Positions 28,592 through 39,501 of a stretch of DNA of 64,000 nt are shown here, piece after piece. The DNA comes from Deltaproteobacteria bacterium RBG_16_49_23. Lineage in GTDB: Bacteria > Desulfobacterota > BSN033 > UBA1163. Location: positions 4,421-68,420 of the forward strand of contig MGQQ01000132.1 of the NCBI GenBank assembly GCA_001798855.1. Direction: 5' to 3'. Made by a program: the position numbers and the translations under genes. Within the stretch, counting starts at the first letter, position 1. Every line of letters starts with the position of its first letter. Below the pieces are notes generated by a model. The model saw only the letters and a list, made by a program, of their open reading frames with translations, did not search any database and was not told where the DNA came from.

Positions 28592-31012
28592 CTATCTCTT
28601 TTCATTTTTTCCTTTGGCCTTCTGACCATAATGGGCTGCGACCAGACGGATTTCGTCATAGCTGACATTCTGAGGAAGCAGGGCCTTGATCGGAGCCAGG
28701 CGTTCGCCTCCCGCCTTGACAATTGCTTCTTCAATGAGGGCGATTCGCTCCTTTGAAAGAATCCGGTTAAGATCGATTGAACGTCCTTCGGCAATAAGCT
28801 GAACAAGATGCTCGGAAATCGTCAATGGAGTAAGCCCCCGCTTTTGGGCGATCTCTTTTAGAGTCCCTCCCTTCTCCCATAGCATCCATGTGATCTCAAC
28901 CGTGCTTCCCCCGGTAGTTTTTTTCACCACAGGCTGCATTGCCGCAGATCCATCAGACTCACGTAGGGGCTTTGCCTCGGGATGGTTTTTAAGATAACCC
29001 CCGACCGTTTCAAGTGTCTGATTCCCATAAGCCGACACCTTATACTCCCCGCAGCCTTTGATGCTAAGCAATTCAGAGGTTGTTTGGGGTAATTGCCGGC
29101 TGATGGCCCTGAGCACTCGATCATGGAAGATGACGAAGGCAGGGAGGTTGGATGCCTGAGCAAGTTTGAGACGCATCTCCTTCAGGGAAGCGAATAGATC
29201 TTCATGGCAGGGCAGGCCCAATTCTTCAGGAAATGTCTCCGGAAGTTTCTTGGGAGGTTTCTCCTTAACAATCCTTTCTTTTCTAATAGGGATCCTGAAG
29301 GTGTGAGTTTCGCCCTCCTCCAGACAGTTAGAACAGTTATCACAACTATTGCCTGTGATCCGTTCGCCGAAGTATTCGAGAATAAACCGTCTTAAACATT
29401 GGTCGGTATAGGCATAATCGATCATCTTTTTAAGTTTCTTTCGCTCAAAAAGACTCCGCCGTTCAATCTCTTGAAAATTGATATTCAGTTCCGAGACAGG
29501 AACCCGTGACAATATTTTCAGACCCCGGCCACGAAACGGCGGTCGATATTCCATTGTCCCGGCTTGATGAAGCGCAGAGAAATGCCGCCTCAACTGCTCC
29601 GGCGAAAGATTCAGGTGTTCGGCCATCACATTTAGGTCCACAAGAAGGGTCCTGTCTTTTGATCCCTCCAGGACATTTAGACAATAATCGAAAATCTCTT
29701 TTTGATATTTGCTCTTTCCCTCAAGCTGTCGCTGAAGCTCCTCCGGCTCGACACGCAGTGTCACCCTGGCCTGATGCTCCCCTTCCGATCCACGCTCAAT
29801 GTGGCCGGCTTTCTCAAGGATCTTCAAGCATGAAGAGACAGCCATCTCATTCGATTTTTTCCGTCCGATGCGCCCGGCCAGGGCCCTCTGGGTCATCTCA
29901 ATTTCATCCGTACCGATATCGCATATGACCTGGTACGTCTGCTCTATCATATCCCGGGGCGGATAACTTCCATCGATAAAAAATTCCTGGGTGAAAGTGT
30001 CGGCATAATTGAAGAGGAGCAGGCAGGTAGCAGGTTTGCCGTCACGGCCGGCGCGGCCGACCTCCTGGTAATAGGCCTCGATGGAGCCGGGAATATTATA
30101 ATGGATGACAAAACGGAGGTCCGCCTTATCGATGCCCATGCCAAAGGCGTTTGTCGCCACGACCACCGGCAGGTTTCCCTCCATAAAACTGTCCTGGACA
30201 GATTTGCGGGACTCCATCTCCATGCCGGCGTGATAACCTCCCGCTTTGTAACCATGGAATCGTAATGCCGAGGTTAAACTCTCCACATTCTTACGCGTAG
30301 CGGCATAGATGATTCCCCTTTGTGCCTCCCTTTTGAGCAGGTTCAAAACGGCATCGATCTTATCTGTCTCCCCCTCCACCATTTTGACCTTAAAACGGAG
30401 ATTGGGCCGATCAAAACCGGCAACGAAGGTGATCGGTTGTTTGAGGCCCAACTGCGTGATGATATCACGGCGGACATCAGAAGTGGCTGTTGCTGTCAGC
30501 GCGGCAACAGGCGGATGGCTCAGTCTTTCAACCACCCCTTTGAGTCGAAGGTAATCCGGACGAAAATCGTGCCCCCACTCGGAAACGCAGTGTGCCTCAT
30601 CAACGGCAAAGAGTGAAACTCGGCAGGATTGAATCCCTTCCATAAATCCGGGATTCCGAAACCGCTCAGGAGCAATATAAACCAGTTTATACCTGCCCTG
30701 TTGAATCTCCCTCAGTCTCTGACCCTGCTCGGAAGGGGTCAATGCGCTGTTGATGAAGGTGGCAGGAACTTGATTCTGCACGAGTCCATCCACCTGGTCT
30801 TTCATCAATGCAATCAGGGGCGAGACGACCAGTGTCACCCCGTCCAGGAGCAGCGCCGGCAACTGGTAACAGAGCGATTTGCCGCTTCCCGTGGGCATGA
30901 CCACAACCGCATCGCGTTTTCTCAGGAGGACATCGATGATCTCCTCCTGCCACTTTCGAAAACCGGAGAAATGAAACTTCTCGTTCAGGACTCGGATCCG
31001 TTCATCTTTCAT
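28592..31012 (-). CDS. recQ: ATP-dependent DNA helicase RecQ
   Basis: An 806-aa protein with the RecQ motifs (PTGSGKSLCYQLPALL, DEAH) and a C-terminal HRDC/HTH extension. Confidence 0.9.
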   Translation of the reverse strand: MKDERIRVLNEKFHFSGFRKWQEEIIDVLLRKRDAVVVMPTGSGKSLCYQLPALLLDGVTLVVSPLIALMKDQVDGLVQNQVPATFINSALTPSEQGQRLREIQQGRYKLVYIAPERFRNPGFMEGIQSCRVSLFAVDEAHCVSEWGHDFRPDYLRLKGVVERLSHPPVAALTATATSDVRRDIITQLGLKQPITFVAGFDRPNLRFKVKMVEGETDKIDAVLNLLKREAQRGIIYAATRKNVESLTSALRFHGYKAGGYHAGMEMESRKSVQDSFMEGNLPVVVATNAFGMGIDKADLRFVIHYNIPGSIEAYYQEVGRAGRDGKPATCLLLFNYADTFTQEFFIDGSYPPRDMIEQTYQVICDIGTDEIEMTQRALAGRIGRKKSNEMAVSSCLKILEKAGHIERGSEGEHQARVTLRVEPEELQRQLEGKSKYQKEIFDYCLNVLEGSKDRTLLVDLNVMAEHLNLSPEQLRRHFSALHQAGTMEYRPPFRGRGLKILSRVPVSELNINFQEIERRSLFERKKLKKMIDYAYTDQCLRRFILEYFGERITGNSCDNCSNCLEEGETHTFRIPIRKERIVKEKPPKKLPETFPEELGLPCHEDLFASLKEMRLKLAQASNLPAFVIFHDRVLRAISRQLPQTTSELLSIKGCGEYKVSAYGNQTLETVGGYLKNHPEAKPLRESDGSAAMQPVVKKTTGGSTVEITWMLWEKGGTLKEIAQKRGLTPLTISEHLVQLIAEGRSIDLNRILSKERIALIEEAIVKAGGERLAPIKALLPQNVSYDEIRLVAAHYGQKAKGKNEKR

Positions 31013-31083
31013 CGGAGCATTTAATGGGTGAGGAGTGTCAAATTGAAAATAGGTATCAATTTAGGGCTTTGAAAAAAAACATC

Positions 31084-31195
31084 TAATCCCCCTTCATCCC
31101 CCTTTGTCAAAAGGGGGAAATCCTTTTTCCTCCCTTTGGCAAAGGGAGGTGAGGAGGGATTTTACAAGTTTTTTCAAACAGCTAAATTGATAAGA
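31084..31195. repeat. pair of REP-like units plus the conserved tail GGGATTTTACAAGTTTTTTCAAACAGCTAAATTGATA
   Basis: It has the same architecture as 7306-7393 and 43181-43300. Confidence 0.65.
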
Positions 31196-31222
31196 AAATA
31201 TGAATTTCAATCAGCCGGCATA

Positions 31223-32524
31223 TCAAATCTTTTTAAAGGCGGTATCGCAGGCTTCGATGGTTTTATCCAAATCCTTTTGTGTATGGGCCAACGAGATAAA
31301 CCAGGCCTCAAACTGGGAGGGAGGAAGATAGATCCCCTGGTCCAGCATCTCGGTAAAAAACTTGGCGAACCGTTTGGTGTCACTCGTCTTTGCTGAAAAA
31401 TAATCTCTCACTGTACCTCCTGTAAAAAAAAGCGTGAACATCCCCGTGGCCCGATTGATGGAAACAGGAACCCCCTGTTCTTCAGCGCTTTCAAAGATTC
31501 TTTCTGTTAGATAAGAGGTCTTTTTTTCCAGGTCATGGTAAACTCTTCTTGACTTCAGGATTTCGAGTGTCTCTATTCCTGCGGCCATTGCAAGAGGATT
31601 TCCGGAGAGCGTCCCTGCCTGATAGACACCTCCAAGAGGAGCCACACTTTCCATAATCTTTTCTTTGCCGCCGTAGGCGCCCACTGGAAGTCCTCCTCCG
31701 ATAATCTTCCCGAGACAGGTGAGATCCGCTTTAATCCCATAGAGCTCCTGAGCGCCCCCATAAGCTACTCGAAACCCCGTAATCACCTCATCAAAGAGAA
31801 AAAGAATCCCCTTCTCGTCACAGATCTTTCTCAACCCTTCCAGGAATCCCTTTTCAGGAAGGATCACCCCCATATTGCCGGCAATGGGCTCCACAATGAT
31901 ACAGGCAATCTGCTCCGGATACTGGTTGACCAAATGTTTTACCTTTTCCAAATCATTATAGGGGGCTGTTAATGTATGCCTGGCCAAATCCTCGGGGACT
32001 CCAAGACTATCAGGAATGCCAAAGGTGGTGGCACCGGAGCCTGCTTTAACGAGGAGACTGTCTCCATGACCATGATAACATCCCTCGAATTTGAGAATCT
32101 TGTTCCTTCCCTTATATCCTCTTGCCACTCGAATAGCGCTCATCACCGCTTCTGTGCCGGAGCTGACCATCCTCATTAATTCCATCGAAGGAAAGGCTTT
32201 TCTCACCCTCATTGCAAGCTCAACTTCCAGAGGAGTGGGAGCGCCAAAACTCGTTCCCTTCGGGGCTGTCTTTTTCAGCGCTCTCACAATCCTCGGATGG
32301 GCATGGCCCATGATCATCGGACCCCATGACCCCACATAGTCTACATACTCATTTCCATCCACATCCCAGATCTTTGATCCCTTAGCTCTCTCGATAAAAA
32401 CGGGTGGAATGCCGATGGCCTTGAAAGCCCGGACCGGGCTGTTCACTCCTCCTGGAATTAATCCGAGCGCCCTTCGATAGAGTGCAATTGATCTCTTTCT
32501 ATTCATCTCCAATCCTCCGATCAT
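31223..32524 (-). CDS. hemL: glutamate-1-semialdehyde 2,1-aminomutase
   Basis: ...[10 protein letters not shown]... with aminotransferase class III motifs. There is a 4-bp overlap with the upstream gene. Confidence 0.9.
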   Translation of the reverse strand: MIGGLEMNRKRSIALYRRALGLIPGGVNSPVRAFKAIGIPPVFIERAKGSKIWDVDGNEYVDYVGSWGPMIMGHAHPRIVRALKKTAPKGTSFGAPTPLEVELAMRVRKAFPSMELMRMVSSGTEAVMSAIRVARGYKGRNKILKFEGCYHGHGDSLLVKAGSGATTFGIPDSLGVPEDLARHTLTAPYNDLEKVKHLVNQYPEQIACIIVEPIAGNMGVILPEKGFLEGLRKICDEKGILFLFDEVITGFRVAYGGAQELYGIKADLTCLGKIIGGGLPVGAYGGKEKIMESVAPLGGVYQAGTLSGNPLAMAAGIETLEILKSRRVYHDLEKKTSYLTERIFESAEEQGVPVSINRATGMFTLFFTGGTVRDYFSAKTSDTKRFAKFFTEMLDQGIYLPPSQFEAWFISLAHTQKDLDKTIEACDTAFKKI

Positions 32525-33282
32525 TCCTCAGCCACAATCGTATTGGTCAGAGCGCCTATGCCTTCGATCACCACATCGACCCTGTCTCCGACGGACATCC
32601 GTCCTATTCCGGAAGGGGTCCCTGTGGCAATCACATCTCCGGGAAGAAGGGTCATCACGCTGGAGATATAACTCACCAAGCGATGGGGGCCGAAGATGAG
32701 ATTCTTCGTATTTGAATATTGTCGTCTCTCACCGTTGAGGAAGGCGGCGATCTCCAGATGGTGAGGATCGATATCGGTCACGATCCATGGGCCGATGGGC
32801 GCAAAGGTGTCAAAACCCTTTGACAGCGTCCATTGACCATCCTTGGGTTGAAGATCCCTGGCCGTTACATCATTCAAACAGGTATATCCGAGAATGTATT
32901 CGCCTGCCTTCTCCTCCGGCACGGACTTTGCTTTTTTCCCGATCACCACAGCCAATTCGGCTTCGTAATCCAAGCGTCTTGACATCTTCGGATAGACAAT
33001 GGCCTCCCCCGGTCCGATAACGGAAGTGGATGGTTTCATAAAGAGGAGAGGTTTTTCTGGAATGGGCATCTTCACCTCTTCGGCATGGTCCCGGTAGTTC
33101 AACCCCAGGGCAACGATCTTCGAGGGAAGACAGGGTGAAAGTAACCTCGCCTCTTCCATTTTTATTGTCCTGGACGAAAGATGGAACTGACCGAACGGGT
33201 CCCCATCCATCTCACGAATCATGCCCTCTTCGATGACACCCCATTGGGTGGATGATCCTTCTTGGTAACGAACGATCTTCAT
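32521..33282 (-). CDS. fumarylacetoacetate hydrolase (FAH) family protein
   Basis: FAH-family C-terminal motifs (...[13 protein letters not shown]...). Confidence 0.8.
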   Translation of the reverse strand: MKIVRYQEGSSTQWGVIEEGMIREMDGDPFGQFHLSSRTIKMEEARLLSPCLPSKIVALGLNYRDHAEEVKMPIPEKPLLFMKPSTSVIGPGEAIVYPKMSRRLDYEAELAVVIGKKAKSVPEEKAGEYILGYTCLNDVTARDLQPKDGQWTLSKGFDTFAPIGPWIVTDIDPHHLEIAAFLNGERRQYSNTKNLIFGPHRLVSYISSVMTLLPGDVIATGTPSGIGRMSVGDRVDVVIEGIGALTNTIVAEE

Positions 33283-33292
33283 TTGGCCTCCT

Positions 33293-33338
33293 TAACCCCC
33301 CTCACCCCCCTTAAGCAAAGGGGGGAATGGGGAGAGTT
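33293..33338. repeat. REP-like unit (CCCCCTTAAGCAAAGGGGGG plus a G-rich extension)
   Basis: A member of the repeat family, followed by an AT-rich TTTGACATTTGA low-complexity spacer. Confidence 0.5.
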
Positions 33339-33392
33339 GACATTTGAGTTTTGGATTTAATTTGCCATTTGAACTTTGACATTTGACATTTT

Positions 33393-34202
33393 TTACTTCT
33401 TCAACCCCAGCACATCCTGCATGTCGTAGAGGCCATTCGGCTGGTTGACGATCCAGAGGGCGGCCTTGATGGCTCCGCGTGCGAAGTTGTCGCGGCTGTG
33501 AGCCCGGTGAATAATCTCCAACCGTTCACCCGAGCCTCCGAAGAGGACGGTATGCTCTCCCACGATATCGCCTGCACGGATCACCTGCATTCCGATCTCC
33601 TCTTTTGTCCTTTCGCCGATCATCCCCTTGCGTCCATAGACTCCTACCTGATTGAGATTCCGTCCAACGGCGTTGGCAATCAATTCTCCCAATTTCACCG
33701 CTGTCCCGCTGGGCGAGTCCTTCTTCAGACGATGATGGGCTTCGAGAATCTCTATGTCATACTCCGGGCCCAGAACCCGGGCAACGTCCTGAACGATCCG
33801 GAACATCACATTCATCCCCACGCTCATATTGGGGGCAAGCACGCATCGAACGCTCTTCGAAATCGCTTTCGTCTTCTCCATCTGCTCATGGTTAAAACCT
33901 GTTGTCCCGATGACAATGGCAAGGCCGGTCTCCCTGGCAAATTCCAGGCTTTCCAGAGAGGCAGCAGGGTTGCTGAAGTTAATGATCACATCTCCTCCCT
34001 CTTTCTTCAATCCTCCTACCAGGGGGACGTCTAACTTTCCCAAACCAATCACCTCTCCGATATCCTTTCCAATGGAGGGATGGTCCGGTCTCTCAAACGC
34101 CCGATAAAGTTCAATGGAAGGGGTCTCCCTGATGATGTGAATGATCCGGCTCCCCATCTTGCCCGCCGCTCCGATGACGATGGCTTTCACATTTTCTTTC
34201 AT
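33393..34202 (-). CDS. dapB: 4-hydroxy-tetrahydrodipicolinate reductase
   Basis: KAIVIGAAGKMGSRI... The start is probably at MKENVK (34202), giving an ATGA overlap with dapF. Confidence 0.85.
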   Translation of the reverse strand: MKENVKAIVIGAAGKMGSRIIHIIRETPSIELYRAFERPDHPSIGKDIGEVIGLGKLDVPLVGGLKKEGGDVIINFSNPAASLESLEFARETGLAIVIGTTGFNHEQMEKTKAISKSVRCVLAPNMSVGMNVMFRIVQDVARVLGPEYDIEILEAHHRLKKDSPSGTAVKLGELIANAVGRNLNQVGVYGRKGMIGERTKEEIGMQVIRAGDIVGEHTVLFGGSGERLEIIHRAHSRDNFARGAIKAALWIVNQPNGLYDMQDVLGLKK

Positions 34203-35020
34203 TCGCAGGCCTCCTCCCACATTTCACCCTCATAGATGATGTGGACATCTCCCTCGAAAAAAACCGTCTTGACCTCTTTCCCTTCGATCTCGAAATAAAC
34301 CATCAACACCTCGCCTCCACTCGTTTTGATGGATACCGGCGATTTCACGAATCCCTTAAAGGCTGCAACCAGAGCAGAAGCTACAGCACCCGTCCCACAG
34401 GCTAACGTTTCATCTTCCACTCCCCGCTCATAAGTCCGTACGGATAATTGAGAATCCTTCTCCCTCCGGACAAAGCTTGCATTCGTCCCGCTCGGTGCAA
34501 AATGAGGGTGGCGTCGAATCGATCTTCCTGTCCGGACAACATCCACGGCTTCAAGATCCTCTACAAACTGGATGGCATGGGGAACGCCTGTGTTGATGCT
34601 TGAAAGGATCCGCATCTCCCCATCGATCAGGAGGGCTTTATCGAGCTTAAGGCTGTGAGGTTTGGTCATCTCCAGTTTTACCCTCTTCCCGTCGACCTCT
34701 GCGGAGAGGATCCCGGCGAGGGTCTGAAAGGTTAATCGGGGGCCTGCAATCCCTTTCAACCATGCAAAGCGGGCAGCACAGCGTCCCCCGTTTCCGCACA
34801 TCTCCGCTTCGCTTCCGTCGGCGTTGAAGAACCGCCATTTAAAGTCAGCCTTTTCTGAGTTTTCAATGAAGATGAGGCCATCCGCGCCCACGGAGATCCT
34901 TCTCTGGCAGACCTTCCGGGCAAATTCCTTCATGCGATCGCCACCGATCAAAGGTTTTCGATGATCGATGAGGATGAAGTCGTTTCCGCTTCCGCTCATC
35001 TTCATAAAAGGAATCTTCAT
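34199..35020 (-). CDS. dapF: diaminopimelate epimerase
   Basis: MKIPFMKMSGSGNDF... with the conserved Cys residues. Confidence 0.85.
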   Translation of the reverse strand: MKIPFMKMSGSGNDFILIDHRKPLIGGDRMKEFARKVCQRRISVGADGLIFIENSEKADFKWRFFNADGSEAEMCGNGGRCAARFAWLKGIAGPRLTFQTLAGILSAEVDGKRVKLEMTKPHSLKLDKALLIDGEMRILSSINTGVPHAIQFVEDLEAVDVVRTGRSIRRHPHFAPSGTNASFVRREKDSQLSVRTYERGVEDETLACGTGAVASALVAAFKGFVKSPVSIKTSGGEVLMVYFEIEGKEVKTVFFEGDVHIIYEGEMWEEACE

Positions 35021-35124
35021 CGAACCTCCGGTTCGAGACAAGTTCAAATATCAAATGCCAAATGTCAAATAAATGACAAATTCCTAAATGTAAAAATATC
35101 TCTTATTTGAACTTGATTTGACAT

Positions 35125-36414
35125 TCATTTGACAATTGAACTTTGAAATTTGGAATTATCCAGAAGGAACTCCGGGATATCTTCTCCTCGAATCAGATCC
35201 TCATAAGCTTCTCTTTTCCGGATAACATGGATCTCGTCATCCCGGACGAGGACCTCCGCCACACGGGGCCTGGAGTTATAGTTTGTGGCCATGGAGAACC
35301 CATAGGCGCCCGCGCTCATCACCGCGATCAGCTCGCCGGGGTTGAGCCTCGGAATCCTCCGCCCCTTGGCCAGGAAATCCGCCGATTCACAGACAGGGCC
35401 TACCACATCTGCTACAATCTCCTCCCTGCCCTCCTCCCTCACGGGAAGAATCTGATGAAAGGAGCCATAATAACTGGGACGGACCAAATCGTTCATTGCC
35501 GCATCCACAATGATGAAACGTTTCTCCTCGTTCTCCTTCATGTAGAGAACTCTCGAAACTAGAATCCCGGCATTCCCGACGACCACCCTTCCCGGCTCCA
35601 GAATGAGGGTGCAATCGAAACTGCGAATCTCCTCAAGGATGTTTGAGGCGTATTCAAAGGGATGAGGAGGCTCCTCATCGTTGTAGGTGATGCCCAGACC
35701 GCCTCCCAAATCGAGATAGCGGATCTCCATCCCCTCCTTTCTTAAATCATCGACCAGGTCCTTCAGCTTCTTCAATGCCTCTACAAAGGGATCCACCTCC
35801 ACCAGCTGGGAACCCAGATGACAGTCTATTCCAATAACTTTCAGGTTCGGCAATTCGGAGGCAAGGCGATAGGCCATCGGCGCCCGGAGAATATCGATGC
35901 CGAATTTATTCTGTTTCAGCCCCGTGGTAATATAGGGATGGGTTCTGGCATCGATATCGGGATTGACACGGATGGAGACGGGCGCTGTCTTATTCACCCT
36001 GCCTGCCACTTCATTGATCGTATGGAGTTCCATGGAGGATTCGACATTAAACATGAGGATGCCCGCTTTCAGGGCGCACTCAATCTCATCCTCCTTCTTC
36101 CCGACTCCGGAAAATACGATCTTCTGCGGGTCCGCCCCGCCTTTGAGAGCCCTGTATAACTCTCCCCCGGAGACAACATCGACCCCTCCGCCGAGGTTAA
36201 TAAAAAGCCGGATCAACGCCAGATTCGAATTGGCTTTCATGGAATAGCAGACAAGATGGGGAATCCCTTCAAAGGCTTCATTAAAGACATTGAAATGCCT
36301 CACCAGGGTCCTGTAACTGTAAAGATAGAAAGGCGTCCCCACCTGCTCGGCAATGCGGCTAATGGGAACCCTTTCACAATGAAGTTCGTGATTCTTATAC
36401 TCAAAATAGTGCAT
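35125..36414 (-). CDS. lysA: diaminopimelate decarboxylase
   Basis: A 429-aa PLP-dependent Orn/DAP decarboxylase-like protein (...YSMKAN...). Confidence 0.85.
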   Translation of the reverse strand: MHYFEYKNHELHCERVPISRIAEQVGTPFYLYSYRTLVRHFNVFNEAFEGIPHLVCYSMKANSNLALIRLFINLGGGVDVVSGGELYRALKGGADPQKIVFSGVGKKEDEIECALKAGILMFNVESSMELHTINEVAGRVNKTAPVSIRVNPDIDARTHPYITTGLKQNKFGIDILRAPMAYRLASELPNLKVIGIDCHLGSQLVEVDPFVEALKKLKDLVDDLRKEGMEIRYLDLGGGLGITYNDEEPPHPFEYASNILEEIRSFDCTLILEPGRVVVGNAGILVSRVLYMKENEEKRFIIVDAAMNDLVRPSYYGSFHQILPVREEGREEIVADVVGPVCESADFLAKGRRIPRLNPGELIAVMSAGAYGFSMATNYNSRPRVAEVLVRDDEIHVIRKREAYEDLIRGEDIPEFLLDNSKFQSSIVK

Positions 36415-36480
36415 CTAAAATTCCAACTTCAATTGTCATTTATCAATGGTCAATGATCATTGTTTATTGATTATTGATAA

Positions 36481-37527
36481 TTAGTATTGGTATTTGCCCC
36501 TTACCTCTTCGGAAGGGAGGCTTTCGTTCTGACGAACGGAGTTATCCACGGCTGTCACTGTATATTCATAATCCTGCCCGATTTGAACTTCCATATCAAG
36601 GTAGGTCTCTTTTGTCAGAGGAGCAGGGTTTAGTCTCTTAAACTCTTTCTCTCCAGGTTGTCTCCGGTAGACATAATAGCCTAAAAGATCAGGCTCCCTG
36701 TTCTTTCTCCAGTTGAGCTCCATCCCATTCTTAAGAGGAACCGCCACCAGACCAAGGGGAGAACCTGGCGGGGTAAGGTCGGTGGGTGTGATCGGAAAGC
36801 TCAAAGAACCCTTTCCCTCCATATCGGTCCTTACAACCCGCTTCACCGCCCTGACCGAATAGATGTATCTTTTCTCATTCTCCACACCCAGATCAGTATA
36901 TTGGGTCACTGTCAGAGGCTCCCTGTTGAGCGGCTGGAAAGTAAACTCTTCCCCCTCTCCCTTCCGGTAGATATTATAACCTGTCGCACCCAATACGGGT
37001 TCCCAGTGGATATCCACCCTCTTATCACCCCGCTCTGCCTTTACTGCTCTTGTCATGTGGGGCGGGTAATCCCAGTAAACCGTAACAGGATTTGAAGGAG
37101 CGCCAGGATAACCTCTCCGGTTTAACGTCACTACTTGATAAACATAGACTTTTCTTGCTTCCAGGTTTTCGATGAGCAGGGACATCCTCTTTCCCCTGTC
37201 CTCTCCTTTGCTGTCAAGCTTTGCTTCAAAGATCACCTTCGCCTTCTCCCCGCAACCCCTGCATTCATCCCCGATCAGGTTCCCTTCAGAGCGGAGAATC
37301 TTAAACTCTGCCAGATCCGTCAAAACAGATTTATCGGTATTTTCTTTTGGAAAGGTCCATTCCAGAAGAATCCGCTCTTCTCTGGACTTTGCTTCCAGAT
37401 CAACAATCCGTTTCGGAACGACCAATGACCACGGCACCGGAGACGCCTTCTGACCGCAGGCGCATATAACTATTAGAAGGGCCATCAAGAGTATAACAGT
37501 CTTTGCCATAATATCAGTTGTATTCAT
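36481..37527 (-). CDS. lipoprotein with fibronectin type III repeats
   Basis: A signal/lipobox (LLIVICACG) followed by three FN3-like repeats (...YVYQVVTLNRRG..., ...YIYSVRAVKR..., ...YEYTVTAVDN...). Confidence 0.65.
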   Translation of the reverse strand: MNTTDIMAKTVILLMALLIVICACGQKASPVPWSLVVPKRIVDLEAKSREERILLEWTFPKENTDKSVLTDLAEFKILRSEGNLIGDECRGCGEKAKVIFEAKLDSKGEDRGKRMSLLIENLEARKVYVYQVVTLNRRGYPGAPSNPVTVYWDYPPHMTRAVKAERGDKRVDIHWEPVLGATGYNIYRKGEGEEFTFQPLNREPLTVTQYTDLGVENEKRYIYSVRAVKRVVRTDMEGKGSLSFPITPTDLTPPGSPLGLVAVPLKNGMELNWRKNREPDLLGYYVYRRQPGEKEFKRLNPAPLTKETYLDMEVQIGQDYEYTVTAVDNSVRQNESLPSEEVRGKYQY

Positions 37528-37618
37528 TTAAAAAGAGTCGGCGCAGGTTGAGGTTAAGGATAAGGTTAAGGTTTTTTAAAGACTTTCTCAACCTAAACCT
37601 CAACCTTGACCTAATATT

Positions 37619-38299
37619 TTATTTACGTTCTCCAAAAATTGCTGTTCCCACCCTCACATAGGTCGCCCCTTCTTCAATGGCAACCTCAAAGTCGTTTGAC
37701 ATTCCCATGGAGAGCTCTTTTACGGGCACGCCTTCCTTGATCATTTTTTCCTTCAGTTCCCGCAACTGAATGAAGTAGGACCTGCTCATCTCCGGTGAAT
37801 CGAAATAGGGCGGCATGGTCATCAATCCCGCCAGGGAGAGATGCCTGAGATTGAGAACCTTCCGGGCGATATCGAATGTCCTGGCCTCTTCGGATCCAAA
37901 TTTAGTCGTCTCTCCGGAAAGATTGACTTCAATCATAACATTCATCGTCCGGCCCTCTTTTTCAGCCCTCCGGTCCAATTCTTCCGCCAATGGGATGCTG
38001 TCCAGAGAATGGATCATATCAAAGAGGCGAACCGCATATTTTGCCTTATTCGATTGAAGGTGTCCGATAAAATGCCAGGCAACAGGATGGCCAATCTCTT
38101 CAATCTTCTTCTGCGCCTCCTGAACATAATTTTCTCCCAGGATTAAAACCCCTGCTTCGACAGCCTCCCGAACCCTTGCGATTTCCACTGTTTTGGAGAC
38201 AGCAACAAGTTTAATCTCTTCGGGATTTCTACCAGCTTTTCTCGCCGCCTTCTCTATCCTCTCCATCACCCTTAAAATATTTTCTTCAATCTGAGTCAT
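37619..38299 (-). CDS. yggS: YggS-family pyridoxal-phosphate homeostasis protein
   Basis: ...VAVSKT...GENYVQE...IGHLQSNK... The start is probably at MTQIEEN (38299); the track's upstream ATG lies inside a 21-bp tandem duplication. Confidence 0.85.
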   Translation of the reverse strand: MTQIEENILRVMERIEKAARKAGRNPEEIKLVAVSKTVEIARVREAVEAGVLILGENYVQEAQKKIEEIGHPVAWHFIGHLQSNKAKYAVRLFDMIHSLDSIPLAEELDRRAEKEGRTMNVMIEVNLSGETTKFGSEEARTFDIARKVLNLRHLSLAGLMTMPPYFDSPEMSRSYFIQLRELKEKMIKEGVPVKELSMGMSNDFEVAIEEGATYVRVGTAIFGERK

Positions 38300-38910
38300 T
38301 TCCTGCCATCTGCTATCTGCCACCTGCTATCTGCCATTGTGATGGCTCCCAATCGAACCAGCATCTGCAATAATTCGCATAACGGAAGACCGACCACATT
38401 GGTGTAGGACCCATTGATGGATTCAATCATAAATGATCCGATCCCCTGAATGCCATACCCCCCTGCCTTATCGAAAGGCTCGCCTGTTCCGATATACCAA
38501 TCCATCTCGACCGGACTGAGGGGTTTCACCCTCACTGCCGTCTCAACTGCTTCACGCTCACCCTTTCCTTTATCAGAATGCCGGACGGAGATGCCGGTCA
38601 AAACCCGGTGCTCTTTTCCGCTGATCAACTGGAGCATCTGCCTCGCCTCTTCTTTGTTCCTCGGTTTTCCCAAAATTTGGCCATCGACGTAGACAATGGT
38701 ATCTGCCCCAATCACCCAGCAATCAATATATCGATTGCTGACATCCATGGCCTTTGCCTCAGCCAATCGAATGACATGTTTCCGTGGAGATTCGGCCGCG
38801 GGGAAATCCTCTTCGACTTGACTGTGAATCACATTGAAATCGAGGCCCAATTGTTTTAACAAATCGTATCTGCGGGGAGACCTCGAGGCAAGAATCAACC
38901 GGCCATTCAT
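38296..38910 (-). CDS. maf: Maf-like nucleoside triphosphate pyrophosphatase
   Basis: LILASRSPRR...LLKQLG... is the Maf signature. Confidence 0.85.
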   Translation of the reverse strand: MNGRLILASRSPRRYDLLKQLGLDFNVIHSQVEEDFPAAESPRKHVIRLAEAKAMDVSNRYIDCWVIGADTIVYVDGQILGKPRNKEEARQMLQLISGKEHRVLTGISVRHSDKGKGEREAVETAVRVKPLSPVEMDWYIGTGEPFDKAGGYGIQGIGSFMIESINGSYTNVVGLPLCELLQMLVRLGAITMADSRWQIADGRK

Positions 38911-39012
38911 TTCTAAAACCTAAATGAAATCAGGAGGTTTGTCAAGAAAAGGACCTCCCCGGTGTTGACTACCCTCTTTAAATCTGGTAGTTATTGAATA
39001 GGAAGACAGAGA

Positions 39013-39501
39013 ATGAAGGGAAAGATTAAGGAGAGAGAAGCTCTCGTCAGGACCATTAAAGATCTCAAGGCAGGAGGAAAGAAGGTCGTTTTTACCAATG
39101 GCTGTTTTGACCTCCTCCATGTAGGTCATATCCGCTATCTGGAGAAAGCTAAATCCTTGGGAGATGTTCTGATCGTAGGGGTAAACAGTGACCGGTCCGT
39201 CCGTAATTTGAAAGGCCCTCAGCGGCCCATCCTCCCCGAAGAGGAAAGGACAGAGATTCTCTCCGGCCTCTGGTGTGTCGATTATATCATCCTGTTCGAT
39301 GAATCCACACCTCTCGAACTGATCGCCACTCTCCGACCCCATGTCCTGGTGAAGGGCGGTGACTGGTCAAAGGAGACAACGGTTGGCAGGGAGGCGGTTG
39401 AGGAATCAGGAGGAGAGGTCGTCATCCTTCCCTTTGTCGAAGGGTCTTCGAGTACAAACATTATTGAAACCATCTTAAGGCGATATGAAAAGAGAACGTG
39501 A
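39013..39501 (+). CDS. rfaE: D-glycero-beta-D-manno-heptose 1-phosphate adenylyltransferase (RfaE domain II, cytidylyltransferase-like)
   Basis: [17 protein letters not shown] is the nucleotidyltransferase H-x-G-H motif. Confidence 0.8.
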   Translation: MKGKIKEREALVRTIKDLKAGGKKVVFTNGCFDLLHVGHIRYLEKAKSLGDVLIVGVNSDRSVRNLKGPQRPILPEEERTEILSGLWCVDYIILFDESTPLELIATLRPHVLVKGGDWSKETTVGREAVEESGGEVVILPFVEGSSSTNIIETILRRYEKRT

